A stretch of DNA of 62,000 nucleotides from Wallemia ichthyophaga EXF-994 (taxonomy: Eukaryota; Fungi; Basidiomycota). The notes under the pieces were generated by a model, which saw only the letters and a program-made list of their open reading frames with translations, did no database searches and was not told the DNA's origin. Where the stretch lies: assembly GCF_000400465.1 (NCBI RefSeq), contig NW_008806290.1, positions 60,001 through 122,000 of the forward strand. Reading direction: 5' to 3'. The first letter of the stretch is position 1; every line of letters starts with the position of its first letter. The translations under genes were made by a program, and so were the position numbers. Shown piece by piece: positions 25,914 through 36,886 of the stretch.

Positions 25914-26603
25914 CTAACCCTTGTACACACTGAGCATGGTGTGATGTAGGTTCCAAGTAGCTAGAATGTTCACTGCAGACATTTTTACAAATAGAAGCAC
26001 TAAATACAGTGTCTGCCAATTCCCCACTACCATCCTCAGCTTGCCCAATTTGAGATTTATTTTGGAGGTGCTATCAAATTTCGATGGAGTGTTGCTTTTC
26101 AAGCTTACTAAACTTATGCCCTTTAAATTAACTTGTGTGCCGCTCTTAAAATTTCTCAGTGGATCATACTGGGATTTTCCACTGAGACACCCTGAAAAAT
26201 TACTAGTGAGCAAGCTATGATTCTCTTGGTAACCTTGCCTTGTGATTTTATCGGTATTTACACCTTATGTCTACTTTGGAATCATTCCGAAAATCTCAAG
26301 AGTCAGAGGCGGGTTAGAAGGGTCTGTGTCAGCACCAAGAGTTTCCATTGGCAAGATGGAGAATCATTTCCCATCCCTCATGGCCTCAAATTCAATGGTT
26401 AGATTGCATATTGCTGCTGCTATGGTGTCGACCGATATCATATGAATGTTTTTCCTGGTTTTTATAGGTATGGGGCTCTTGAATCCTACGTGATCAATTG
26501 AGATCTAATTAGCAATTCTTCGTACTTTTGAAGCTATCTGTAGTAAGAGTTTCTTTGGTCTTGCATTGATCCTATAGCTATTCCACTGATCGCAATAAGG
26601 AGG
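25914..26603 (-). pseudogene. Decayed reading frame in the IR core, unknown product
   Basis: A 230-codon frame with 4 internal stops (PPYCDQWNSYRINARPKKLLLQIASKVRRIAN*ISIDHVGFKSPIP...SVYKG*), in frame with ORF 25914-26213. Confidence 0.33.
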
Positions 26604-27163
26604 CTATTCGCGCAGGAAAGGTGACTCCATTTTGTGTCTCAAACACAGTGAAACTATGTTGATATACTAACTAATATGCTTTGGCTACGATAGCATCACT
26701 TTTACAAGTGTTTCACCGCAATTTTTAATATCAAACACCCTTCTGCCTATCAATTGGTGATGAGCATATACCAGCAACACGCAAAGAATAATTCGGTCAA
26801 AGAGCGTTACATTCAGACACATTAGTTCTATTTAATCATGACTGTTGTTCTACAGTTTGGACCCTTTACCTCCTTATCAAAACTAATCACAAGCCAGACA
26901 AATACTCACAAATCAAAACGGCATATTACACAACTTTTTCATCAGTTACACATGTTCTTTTAAATGATTATGCATACATTTTCATTGAATCGATCGGTGT
27001 GCATGAATTTTGCCATGATGTATAGTAAATTAATTATAATTCTAATTACCTCATAGCTATCGGCGTGTAATTAAAATATGAAGAGGCTATTGAAGTTTAT
27101 CCGTATCTAATTTCAGTTTTCACTAATTAGAATCTAACCTAGTGCTTGACAACTGTTGATTCC

Positions 27164-27181
27164 TGGACTTTTAAAAGTCCA
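27164..27181. repeat. Perfect 18-bp palindrome tggacttttaaaagtcca
   Basis: Equal to its own reverse complement. Confidence 0.9.
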
Positions 27182-27796
27182 ATGGGCGAAAAAATGGTTT
27201 ATTCTGTCACCTTTCAGCTTTACCTAAAAGCCAAGCAAATGCATGCCAATTGGCTGAATAGTGTGGGTCTACCGTGATCCTACTTGGTCTGTCTTTATTT
27301 TTGGACATTTTGAATCCGATTGGTCCGATCCGATGTATATTCAGCTCATATTTTAGTTTTGCCTAACTGCAACCTAAACTAGTTCATGTCAATTGGCGGT
27401 AAAGAGAGGGAATTGCAATCCTGATTAAACCATGATCATGCCCAAAATTTTAGAATAAGAAAGTATCAATTAGATTCCCTTTCGGATCGTTTCAACATTT
27501 ATCACTAGTTGTGGCCTAAGTTATTGCACGTATTTTGTCATATTTTAATAGTCGGTCTTTTGAGCTTATGAATAAGGGCATAATTATCTAACAGTTTTTG
27601 GAAAACAAACAGTCCGTACAAATATCTATTCGGTTCACTTATCTCGTTTATCTATCCTAATGCACACATTTAGACTAGTGGGTGTATTAACATTCCAATT
27701 TTTGCATGATGATCTTTGACCTTTTTGATACGAATGACCTCCTAGCGCTTTTCTCCTCTTCCTTTCTATTTCCTGTGTTTCGTAGCCTACAGTGTT

Positions 27797-28763
27797 TGAG
27801 GATTTCTCTAATAATGTTACAGCTTTATCGACCTTGATTTCTTCAGCCATTGCAACCATATATATCTTTTTTATACGTTTTTGAATGTTAATGATAAACA
27901 TATAAATATTTACTTTCATTGCATAATTTGATAAGCACCCGTAAAGGTTCAGACTTGTACTTGAGCAAAGGTTTTCGCAGCAAATCTAGCAGATAGAATC
28001 ATGAGTAATTATTTAAGATACATTGTATCAATAGCATGGCTTTTATAGTCTGAAATGTCTAAGTGTCTCGGAAGTTAAAACAAGGGAAGGTCTGGATGGG
28101 ACCGGAGACTAAGATAGGAAATAAATGAGTCAACATCGAAAATAGAAGGTCCTATTACCGTGTAACTGAAGTAGAACCTCCACCTATCACACTTTACAAT
28201 TTAGCAATTCGTACAAGTTTTAGACTGTAGTAGGGTTGAGGATTGAATTGTACAATACAGCGTAAAATCAGATAACGCGAATGATAATAGTGAAGTTAGT
28301 GTATGACTGGTCATGAGGAAAGGCGTAGCTGGCGTGTCACGCGTCTTCGCAAGTAATTTAAACTATGCCTTTCCTCACTATTGTTAATGTAACTAATGAT
28401 ACATCTGAAATCTTGCCTTTAATTTGCATAACATATGTTTAAACAAATATTTAGTATGTGTTAGAACTAATAAATACTTCCTTCCCATCATTTTTTAGAG
28501 TATGGATACGTAGCAGTTACAGGCGAAATGATTGTGCCATTGGCATATTGCGTCTATTTCTTGGCTCACGGACTGGAGATATTCTATTGCGGGATTAGAA
28601 ACCCCCCTTTCACTCATTGATTGTGCAACCAGGAAGAGCGGATCAAATTGACTAAGATCACACGAATCGTACAACTCCATCAAATATGGCTTCTATTATA
28701 CAATAGGCTACTTAGATAACCCAGACTAGATAACAAATTCGACCATCTCCACGCCGCAAATGA
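27797..28763 (-). repeat. Right arm of 967-bp inverted repeat
   Basis: See left arm. ORF 27635-27919 shares its first 38 codons with ORF 24145-24333 and diverges exactly at the arm boundary (after ...TLLEKSS). Confidence 0.97.
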
Positions 28764-28966
28764 GTGTACAGCGCAAATTATAAAGCAATCATACTAGAGA
28801 CCATTGACACACCAGTCCCATCGCAGTTTACGCATTCCAGCAATGCTGTATTCGACGAGGCGATATCATCTTCACTCGAAAGCCAAGCGATAGGCTAGGG
28901 AGAATGTCCTTGTCACAAAGAATCAAAAGTTAGAAGCACAGATGCATAGATGATGATTAACATAAC

Positions 28967-30056
28967 TGTTTGACTCTACTGACGAGACACAAGAACGGTT
29001 TCCAAAGCTACCGCAATCAGCACTGCGCCAAGGCGGACCGCAGATTTCATCGTACAACGTCGTAGAGAAACGTTACAGAAATAACATTAAGATTCGCGTA
29101 CCCTTGTTGCTGCTGTATCATATATTAGGCAGCCTGAAGAAAGATCCTGTCCCTTAAGCACCTCAGGCTGGCTGGATGGCCATTTATAGACTGTTGAAAA
29201 GCAGCTTTGTTGTGAGTGGTGGTGACCCCATAGAGGAGACAGTTTCACGCACTCGGAAGCAGATACTTAAGCCGATGGGTCCGTGTTGCTCTACGTAACA
29301 AACAATTTTTACCCCAAAGATAGAACACTCAAGGATAGACAGACTGCACACATCTATGCTCCTATCCACGTCGCCTAACGAGATACCTTAGGTTAGCATT
29401 GGAAGGCAATATCAAAGATGCCCACCAGCTATGCACGATGGGTGCGAGTAATAAGAAAGCCGATTTGAACGTTTTGCAGAAGATCTCCAGCAGCGTCTCT
29501 GTATTAGCACTAGAAGAGCTTTGGAGTTTAATATTCACCCAAATGGTACAAGAGAAGGCATCAGTAGGGGATGTACAACTCATCAACAAAGCTGTTGGAC
29601 AGTTGGTGAGCTCTACAAGAAATCTACCAACGGTTGACACTATGTCTATGTTATCTGCTGCCATGTGGGCTTTATTACAGGGCAAGAAGGAGAGTGCGTT
29701 GCGTTTGGCAGCGCAATTAAGTGGTAGAACGGCGTCTTTGTAGTGCCTGAAGGTGTTTAGAATGCTCACCAAGACTTCTGAGAATCTGGACGATGCTGAT
29801 GGGGAGGATGAGATGTTTGATAGTCAAATTGATAGGGAGATTGAAGATGCGACGATTTGGCTACTATAACCATGCTTTACTTGTTACTCGAAATGTCTTT
29901 GCCAGGCAATAAAGGGAAAGAGCAGGGTAAGCGATTTATAGGCTCACACTGCGATTGCGCTCTTTGCTTGGCTCACTCTATGAAAGGAAAGGAAAGCTGA
30001 TTGTTGACGAAGCATATGATGCTGCTGTCGATTCTTTGCAAGTAATTGGCTACTAA
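28967..30056 (+). pseudogene. Pseudogenised SREBP/Sre1-type bHLH transcription factor
   Basis: SSYNVVEKRYRNNI at 29047-29088 carries the SREBP-diagnostic Tyr. Then a frameshift to TLVAAVSYIRQPEERS (helix-2-like), multiple in-frame stops, a 114-aa remnant ORF (29399-29743) and a terminal LRLRSLLGSLYE...DEAYDAAVDSLQVIGY*. Confidence 0.62.
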
Positions 30057-30174
30057 CTCATAGTAATCGAGATATGATGATTGTGTACTATTGGAGTGTA
30101 TTGGAAAATTGATTATTTATAACTCCTTCACATGGGCTTTGAAACCTCATCGACCAAGAACTCGCAGTCCGCAG

Positions 30175-31639
30175 ATGATACAAAAGAAAGCAGCAGAAGT
30201 GAGTTTCAGTGGTTACTTGCAAGCAACTTTCTAATAATCAACAGCGCTTTTGTCAATACGTGAATTCGTCTACTGATCCATTTCACGCAACGCACAGCGC
30301 AGTACAGCAGCTGGAGAGAGCAGGTTTCAAGAAGCTCAGTGAGCACGCTTCTTGGAATGGGCAACTTCAGGCCGGCTCCAAATACTATTTCACCCGCAAC
30401 CAAAGCTCCGTCATCGCATTCACCCTCGGTGCCAAGTACAACGGCAGCGGCGGTCTCAGTGTTATTGGTGCACACACAGACTCACCAAATCTGAGAGTTA
30501 AACCGGTGTCCAATAGAGTCGCCCAAGCTTATCTCCAAGTCAAATGCGAGACGTACGGAGGCGGTATTTGGCACACGTGGTTCGACAGAGATTTGGGTAT
30601 TAGTGGACGCGTAATAGTACAGGAAAGCGAATCATCACCTAAATTTATAAGTAGGCTCGTTAAGATTGATAAACCAATACTGAGGATACCATCATTGGCT
30701 ATTCATTTGGACCGAGAGGTTAACCCATTCAAATTCAATGCAGAAACTCATCTTACGCCTATTCTCGGTCTCGTGAATGAACAGTTGAACTCAGCTGAGG
30801 CCGTCGATGCAATGAAGTCCCAGCATCTCTACGACTCGCACCCAGTCGAGAAACACCACCCAATAATGTTAAAAGCTATAGCTAAGGAGCTCAATGTCGA
30901 AGTTTCTCAAATCCAAGACTTTGAACTGAATTTATTCGACACCCAAAAAGCGACTTTGGGAGGTATTAATGACGACTTCATTTACTCATCTCGCCAAGAC
31001 AACTTGCTGTCTTGTTTTGCTGGTGTAGAAGCGCTGGTCGAATCTTCCAAGAATCTGGAGAACGACGATAGGGTTAGCTGTCTGTGCCTATTTGATCACG
31101 AGGAAGTAGGGAGTGCATCCACATCCGGTGCTGACGGCTCACTCTTGCCTGACTTGATACATAGACTAAGTTCGGAGCTGAGCAAGTCCAACCACGCCAA
31201 AGCATCTTTCGAAGAAATCACTGCTAGATCATACATCATCTCTGCGGATATGGCTCATGCTGTACATCCAAACTACGCAGAAAAGCACGACGACCTGCTC
31301 AGGCCCAAGATGGGAGGTGGTGTTGTAGTGAAAACCAACGTCAAACAGCGCTACGCAACCAACTCAATCACTTCATTCTTGTTGAGCAGATTAGCTGAAA
31401 TAGCTAAAGTCCCTTTGCAGCATTTCAGCGTCAGAAACGATATACCCTGTGGATCAACCATCGCACCTATGCTAGCTAGCAAGACTGGTATTCAAACTGT
31501 AGACATTGGCTTGCCACAGCTGGCTATGCACTCGATACGCGAAGTAAGTGGAAGTGAGGATACCCAGCACCTCATCAACCTCTTCACGTCATTTTACGAG
31601 AACTACGGGCAGGTACAGACCTCAATTGTTGTAGACTGA
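30175..31639 (+). CDS. APE4: Aspartyl aminopeptidase (M18 family), 2 exons
   Basis: GAHTDSPNL, WFDRDLG, DHEEVGS, SADMAHAVHPNY, GSTIAP, QLAMHSIRE. First exon MIQKKAAE. Confidence 0.94.
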
Positions 31640-31658
31640 AAATTTATTTTAAAATAAG

Positions 31659-34244
31659 TTAAATCTTTTCATAAAAGTACACATAGCCTTTACCAATAAG
31701 CGAGTTGAGGTTAGTATCAGACTCCTTGACTACCTTCTCGTCATTGAAGAGGATCCACTCATCGTCATGTTTGACGTGTGCGACATAGTGTCCTGAATGA
31801 ACAGACGGACCTTTGTGAGAGATAAATGCCTTGAGTGCGTACTGTGCAGGAGTAGCTTTCGAGCCAGGCTTAACATCGTCTTCTTCCATCGGCGTATTTA
31901 GCACCTCCTCTTCGCCTGGGTCCGAAGGATTGTCGAATAACCAACCGACAGCAACTTCGACGTTATTAGACTAGTTTGTATGAGCATTATGTAGGAGTAT
32001 AAATTAGAAACTTACTGATACTCGCAAAGCCTTTCTTGCCTGATTTGGAGTGAAGCCCATCCCAGTAACGACACCATTAAGATCATCACCACCGTTGGTA
32101 TCGGCAGTTGGCGCCTCTTCACCCTCGTCATTTGGATTCTCGAATAACCAACCGACTGCCATCTCGACGCTGTTTTGACTATTCTTGAGTGCCTTCCTGG
32201 CCTGGTTCTGTGTGAAACCCATATCTGTAACCATATTGAGCAGCTCGGCAGGAACGTCTTCTGTAGTCTTTTTTGGCTTTTTCGTCTCGACTGGATCATC
32301 TAAACCTTCATCCTCCATATGTGCAAATAACCATGCAGTCGCAGCTTCCACGCCAGTGTGGTCAGTATTAATAAGGGACCGCTTAGCTCTGTTCTCGCTA
32401 AATCCCATACCTTTCAAGTTAGACAGCGCTTCGTCATCGAATTGAATCTCATCTCCATCTTCATCTTCGGGGAGATCGACTTCGCCTTCTTGGCGACCTT
32501 CAGTCTGCAGCTGCGTCAGATCCACTTTATCGACACCCTGCACTGCAATATCAAGCTTCGTTGGGACCCAATTGACGAGGTGGAATTTGCGTGTGTGGAG
32601 AATTAGGGCATCAGGGAAAGTTTCTAAATTCCATGTCCTGCGTGATGTGTGAGGGACAAGATTGGCGTGATAATCGTACTTACTTAGTCGCTTTCACTTG
32701 GGTTTTACAGGATGGACAGTTGTAATCAAGTTCATCTGGGCGCTTGAGCGTGTCTAAGCACTCTTCAGCGCTCACATCCTCATACGTAACTTTGCCGTTA
32801 TCTGACTGTGCATGCTCGCGCACTGGTATGTCTACACTTATGCTGTCGTGATTATCGTACCTGTAGCGAACTTTATGACATGCGGTGCAAGTAAGCTTTT
32901 GCTCAGCGACGAATGAGAAAAGACGCTTTATTGAAGATGGTGTGTCGCTTTTCTTAAGCACGTCGAGAAAATGACATAAAAATTCCTCACTATCCTGTTG
33001 TCTCATAGTAGAAAATTCAGGGTGACCCTTGCCGATAAGATCTTTGAACATGGCGGGTTTAACGCCGTCTTGGAACTGACCCTTGAGAGATTTGGTGGAG
33101 TAGCGACCTGAACCAAGACCGTCTGCAATCTTAGCTAATTGTACGAGGAGATTTTGGGCAGCGTTTTCGACATCACCGCCATTGAGCTCATTGAAACGAT
33201 CAAGGTAGTGGTTTCTGATAGCAGGGTAGCTGAAAAAGCTCTGTAAGGTACTGTTCATGTAGCAGCTATTACCAAGATTCTTAAAACCAGTTAACCATTT
33301 CCCGAAGACGGGCTGGAGCTCTGCGCCATCGTCACCTGTCATACTAAAATCAAACTTTGAATTTTGTTCAAGCTGGAGCTCAGTGAGAGACTTAGTTGTT
33401 TTAACTTGAGATGTGATTTCGATACCGAAAGTGCTAAGGTCATCGGCGAGATTAGGGTTTAATCTTTCTTCATTGCAAGCATAACAATAGATATCTGCAG
33501 TACCTTCAGCAGTGATAGTGCCAAGTTTTACAGCGACAGCGTGACCAGAATTCTCGTAATGTGACAACGCATGTGAGTTGCCTTGTAGACCGCCGAATTG
33601 AGCGCGACCACAACCCAATTCACCGCAAGTCAAGCAAAGCCATAAATTATCATTCAGAGAACATGCATGGCAATGCGCATCAGTCATTTTGACCAATTTC
33701 TTATCGGGTTGAGTGGAGCGAACGCTGCGGCTGTGGGAGCATTCACTCAGCTCCTCTTCCCATGCTTTAACTTCAGAACGGTGTGCTTGAGAATCTGAGG
33801 CTAAAACGGCTAATATTTGAGATTCGATGGTGGATGAGGATGTGGTTGGGTATGTGACGTCGCAGAGAAGACAGCGTAGGTTGTAAGCATAGCTGAATTG
33901 CTCCTCCTCACGCTGCTCTTCTATGGCTAGTTTCTTGAGTGGTGGCTCTGCCTTGTCGGAATCCTTGGGGCTTCTTTTGATGTTGAGTGCTAGTGGATGG
34001 TGACGACTGCGAGCGTGAGCGTAAGCGTGCTGGTGAATTGATTCACAGGCACCGTTGAAGCAATGGAGGCAGACGTCTACGCCCTTCTCAGAGTCCTGTT
34101 TTCTCCATGAGTGCGTGGCTCTACTAGCTACAGTGATAAACAAACCTGAGAATCAAAGCAGCGTGTACACTCATCCTTATACACGGTATCATATATTCCA
34201 GGCTTATTTAATTCTGGTGGCGATTTTATATGCTCACACATCAT
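31659..34244 (-). CDS. UBP14: Ubiquitin C-terminal hydrolase Ubp14/USP5 (zf-UBP, UBA domains), multi-exon
   Basis: VYKDEC..CF, LWLCLTCGELGCGRAQFGG, GFKNLGNSCYMNSTLQ (Cys box), three MGF-type UBA repeats, HKGPSVHSGHYVAH (His box). Confidence 0.94.
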
Positions 34245-34311
34245 TGTCGTAGTGCAAGCGTATAGATGGACAAACAAAATCATAATTTCTGTCTAAATTT
34301 TATTTTTTACC

Positions 34312-36886
34312 TTAAAAGATATCATTCGCTGTACATTTATCTAGCGTGTGGCCATATCCACCCTAACTCAAAATCAGTTTTGTCAATATCAAAGACATAT
34401 AACTCACGCAATCATCGCAGTACTCCCCTCTATTCCCTTTCATTGATGTATCTGATAGGCCTGATGCAGCAGCTAGCGCTGATTCTGCTCTATGCGGTGT
34501 ACTTGGTACCTTAGATGTGTTACTGCTTGGTCGTCTAGCATCCCTCATAAACTCTGCTATCAATGGATCTTCATAATCTTCATTTTTTGAGTTGTTCTCT
34601 TTATTTGAATTGTCAGATGGTTTTGAGGTGTTAGTGCCATTCCATTGCTCCTTGTCATTGGCTTCAGTGCCGCGTTCAGGTATATTTAGCTGTGCCCTTA
34701 ATTTGACTAGTTCACGCTCCATGTCATCCTTCAAAGCGTTAACATAGTTAAAATGCACCACATATACACCCACCTCCTTGAATATCTTTGCTTCCAGGAG
34801 TGATTCGAGTTCATTGATGTCGTGATGAGACTGCCGATGCGTCAAAAACCAAAATCGTTCTTGAAATATTACCAACCTTGCTTTCTACCTCTTTTCGCCG
34901 GCGTTCACTTTGCTTAAGTTGCTCTTGCAGACTTGACATGTCTTCCTTGGGAGAAACAATACCAGCATCACCAGTCAAGTGACTGTGTGTACGTGTGCGC
35001 TCCTGTTCAATTTCTAGTTGATCTTCCAACTGTCTCACTTTGTTTTTAAGAATAGATATTTCGTTCAATGACGCTTCCTCCTTAACCTTCTCCCTGTCAA
35101 TCCCACCCCTCCGACTATTCTCCTGACGCAAAAAGTCACATTCACGTTTAGATACGTTAATGACATTTTCTGAGTCCTTGAGTCGCTCATTCAATGCATT
35201 TAATTCACTCTCTATCTCGTCAATCTGCTCGGCATGCTGGGATTGCTCCGTTTCAAGGCGTCTGTAAAGCTCATTAACCCGCTCGTTACCATCTTCATCC
35301 ACTTTGAGGTTTTCAAAGTTGTCAATATCCGATTGGAGTGATTCAGCATGTGCGCGAGCGGCCTCAAGCAGTTCTTTAGTCGACGTCAGAGCATCCTCCA
35401 ACTCTTGTATCCTAATAGTTCCAGAAGTACAATCCGCCTGACTAGCTTCTAACTCTCTACTACCTTCTGTCAACTGTGCATGGAGATGCCTTATATCTTG
35501 ATGTAACTTGTCTATCTGTTTTTGCGTATCTAACAACATATTCTCTCGTTCTCGGTCGAGTTCATTAAAAGCCTCCTCGCTGCTACTTAATTTGGTGTTT
35601 AAGTGGGCAAGTTGTTCCTTAAGAGATTCATTATCAATCTCCGCGGCCGTAATCTGACGTCGTGCAGTGGTTCCTGGGGAGGCAGGATGAGATTGAGCGG
35701 TAAGAGATGCACAGTGTGACTCCAAAACTCTGATACGCTCATCAGATTCGAATTTGCGTGCTTCAGTCCCATTAAGGCGCTCCTCGTAGAGAGCTATAGT
35801 CTCCTGGCCAGCGTGGCGGAGATCTTCGGCGAGTGACTCTAAATCTTCTTTTTCAGTAGTAAGCTGTACACATCGCGCGTCGAGAGAAGCGAGTGAGGTT
35901 TCTAATGAATGAATTTCAGCAATTTTGGAGCGAATTTCAGCCTGGAACTCTGCCTGAGTTCGGGCGAGTGTGGCATTTAGTTGTGCAATCTCGCTTTCCA
36001 GTTGTGCAATCCTGGACTGGTGTGTGTGGATATCTTGGGTATGTGTGTATTTCAGATCGCTTAACAATTTTGCATGTTCCGATTCACTCAATTTAATCTG
36101 AGACTCTTTAAATTTGATTGCAGCCAAAGCATCTTGAAGATGAGAAGAAGTGTCATTGAGTTGGGTGGAAGCGTTGTGTAGCTGCGTAGAAGTGTCTTGG
36201 AGTTGCGAGTATGTATTTTCAAGTTGAGTGGAGGTATTAGAGTGTGAAGACTGAAGATCACTCAATTGAGATAATTGCGCCGCGTGCTTCTCTTTAAGTG
36301 AAGATAACTCATCACTAATTAGATCATCTGGGTTCAGACCGCGTGAAAAAGAAGGGCGGTGAGAAATGGATTGCCTGGAAGGAGTGCGCTGACTAATACG
36401 ACTAGAAGGGCGATCAATGGATTGCTGTGAAGGAGTTCTCATACTGGTAACAGAAGACGAGCGTCTATGAGGAGTGGAGGTGTTCGACATGGAATTTAGA
36501 CGTGTACGAGTGAGAGTAGGCGGGGAAGAAGGAGGAGGCATATTATCAACGCTCTTTAACCTGTTTATAGATTGCCTTGGTTTAGGTGTGGATAATGAAG
36601 TACGCGGTTTCGTAGGAGTTCTCAAAGAAGGCTGAACAACTTGAGTAACTTTATTAAGCTGTATAAATATTCCATTGCCTTGCTTGCAATTGAAGTAACG
36701 TGTACCTTCAATGCTGCCGTCATTCTTCCCCTTGCCGTGATGCACAGGTAGCAATTCCAAACCAAGCCAATGACCTTGCTTGAAGTGAGTCTCTCCTTGG
36801 AATTTCAAATAACCTTGTAAATTTAAATGATCAATTTTAACGAGGCTATTAAGTTTATAATGTCGTTGAGTTGGTTCACTCATCAT
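34312..36886 (-). CDS. CAP-Gly / coiled-coil / zinc-knuckle +TIP protein (CLIP-170/Bik1/Tip1-like), 3 exons
   Basis: N-terminal CAP-Gly (GETHF...WLGLEL...GKNDGSIEGTRYF), an S/R/P-rich linker, a long coiled coil, and spliced C-terminal CDDCGGYGHTLDKC (CCHC) ending NDIF*. Confidence 0.85.

Larger units (their letters stand above)
21525..30174. other. ~8.6 kb region with no intact gene; AT-rich, contains a large inverted repeat and pseudogene debris (candidate centromere / invertible locus / TE relic)
   Basis: No ORF over 136 aa in the track. Elsewhere in the window genes are mostly separated by tens to a few hundred bp. Confidence 0.75.

Noticed and set aside
26400-26560. ISIDHVGF... as a LINE reverse transcriptase or integrase fragment
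   Set aside because: Only a 3-4 residue resemblance; the downstream D-x-x-KAFD, YADD and DDE motifs are not found.
24268-27796. IR core as a mating-type cassette (STE3 receptor, pheromone, homeodomain or HMG genes)
   Set aside because: Hydrophobic frames (e.g. 24361-24539, 25169-25372) lack Ste3 motifs and contain stops; no CaaX peptide, homeodomain or HMG box seen. AT-rich DNA readily yields hydrophobic ORFs.
29362-29772. 136-aa minus-strand ORF
   Set aside because: Antisense shadow of the plus-strand SREBP-like pseudogene remnant.
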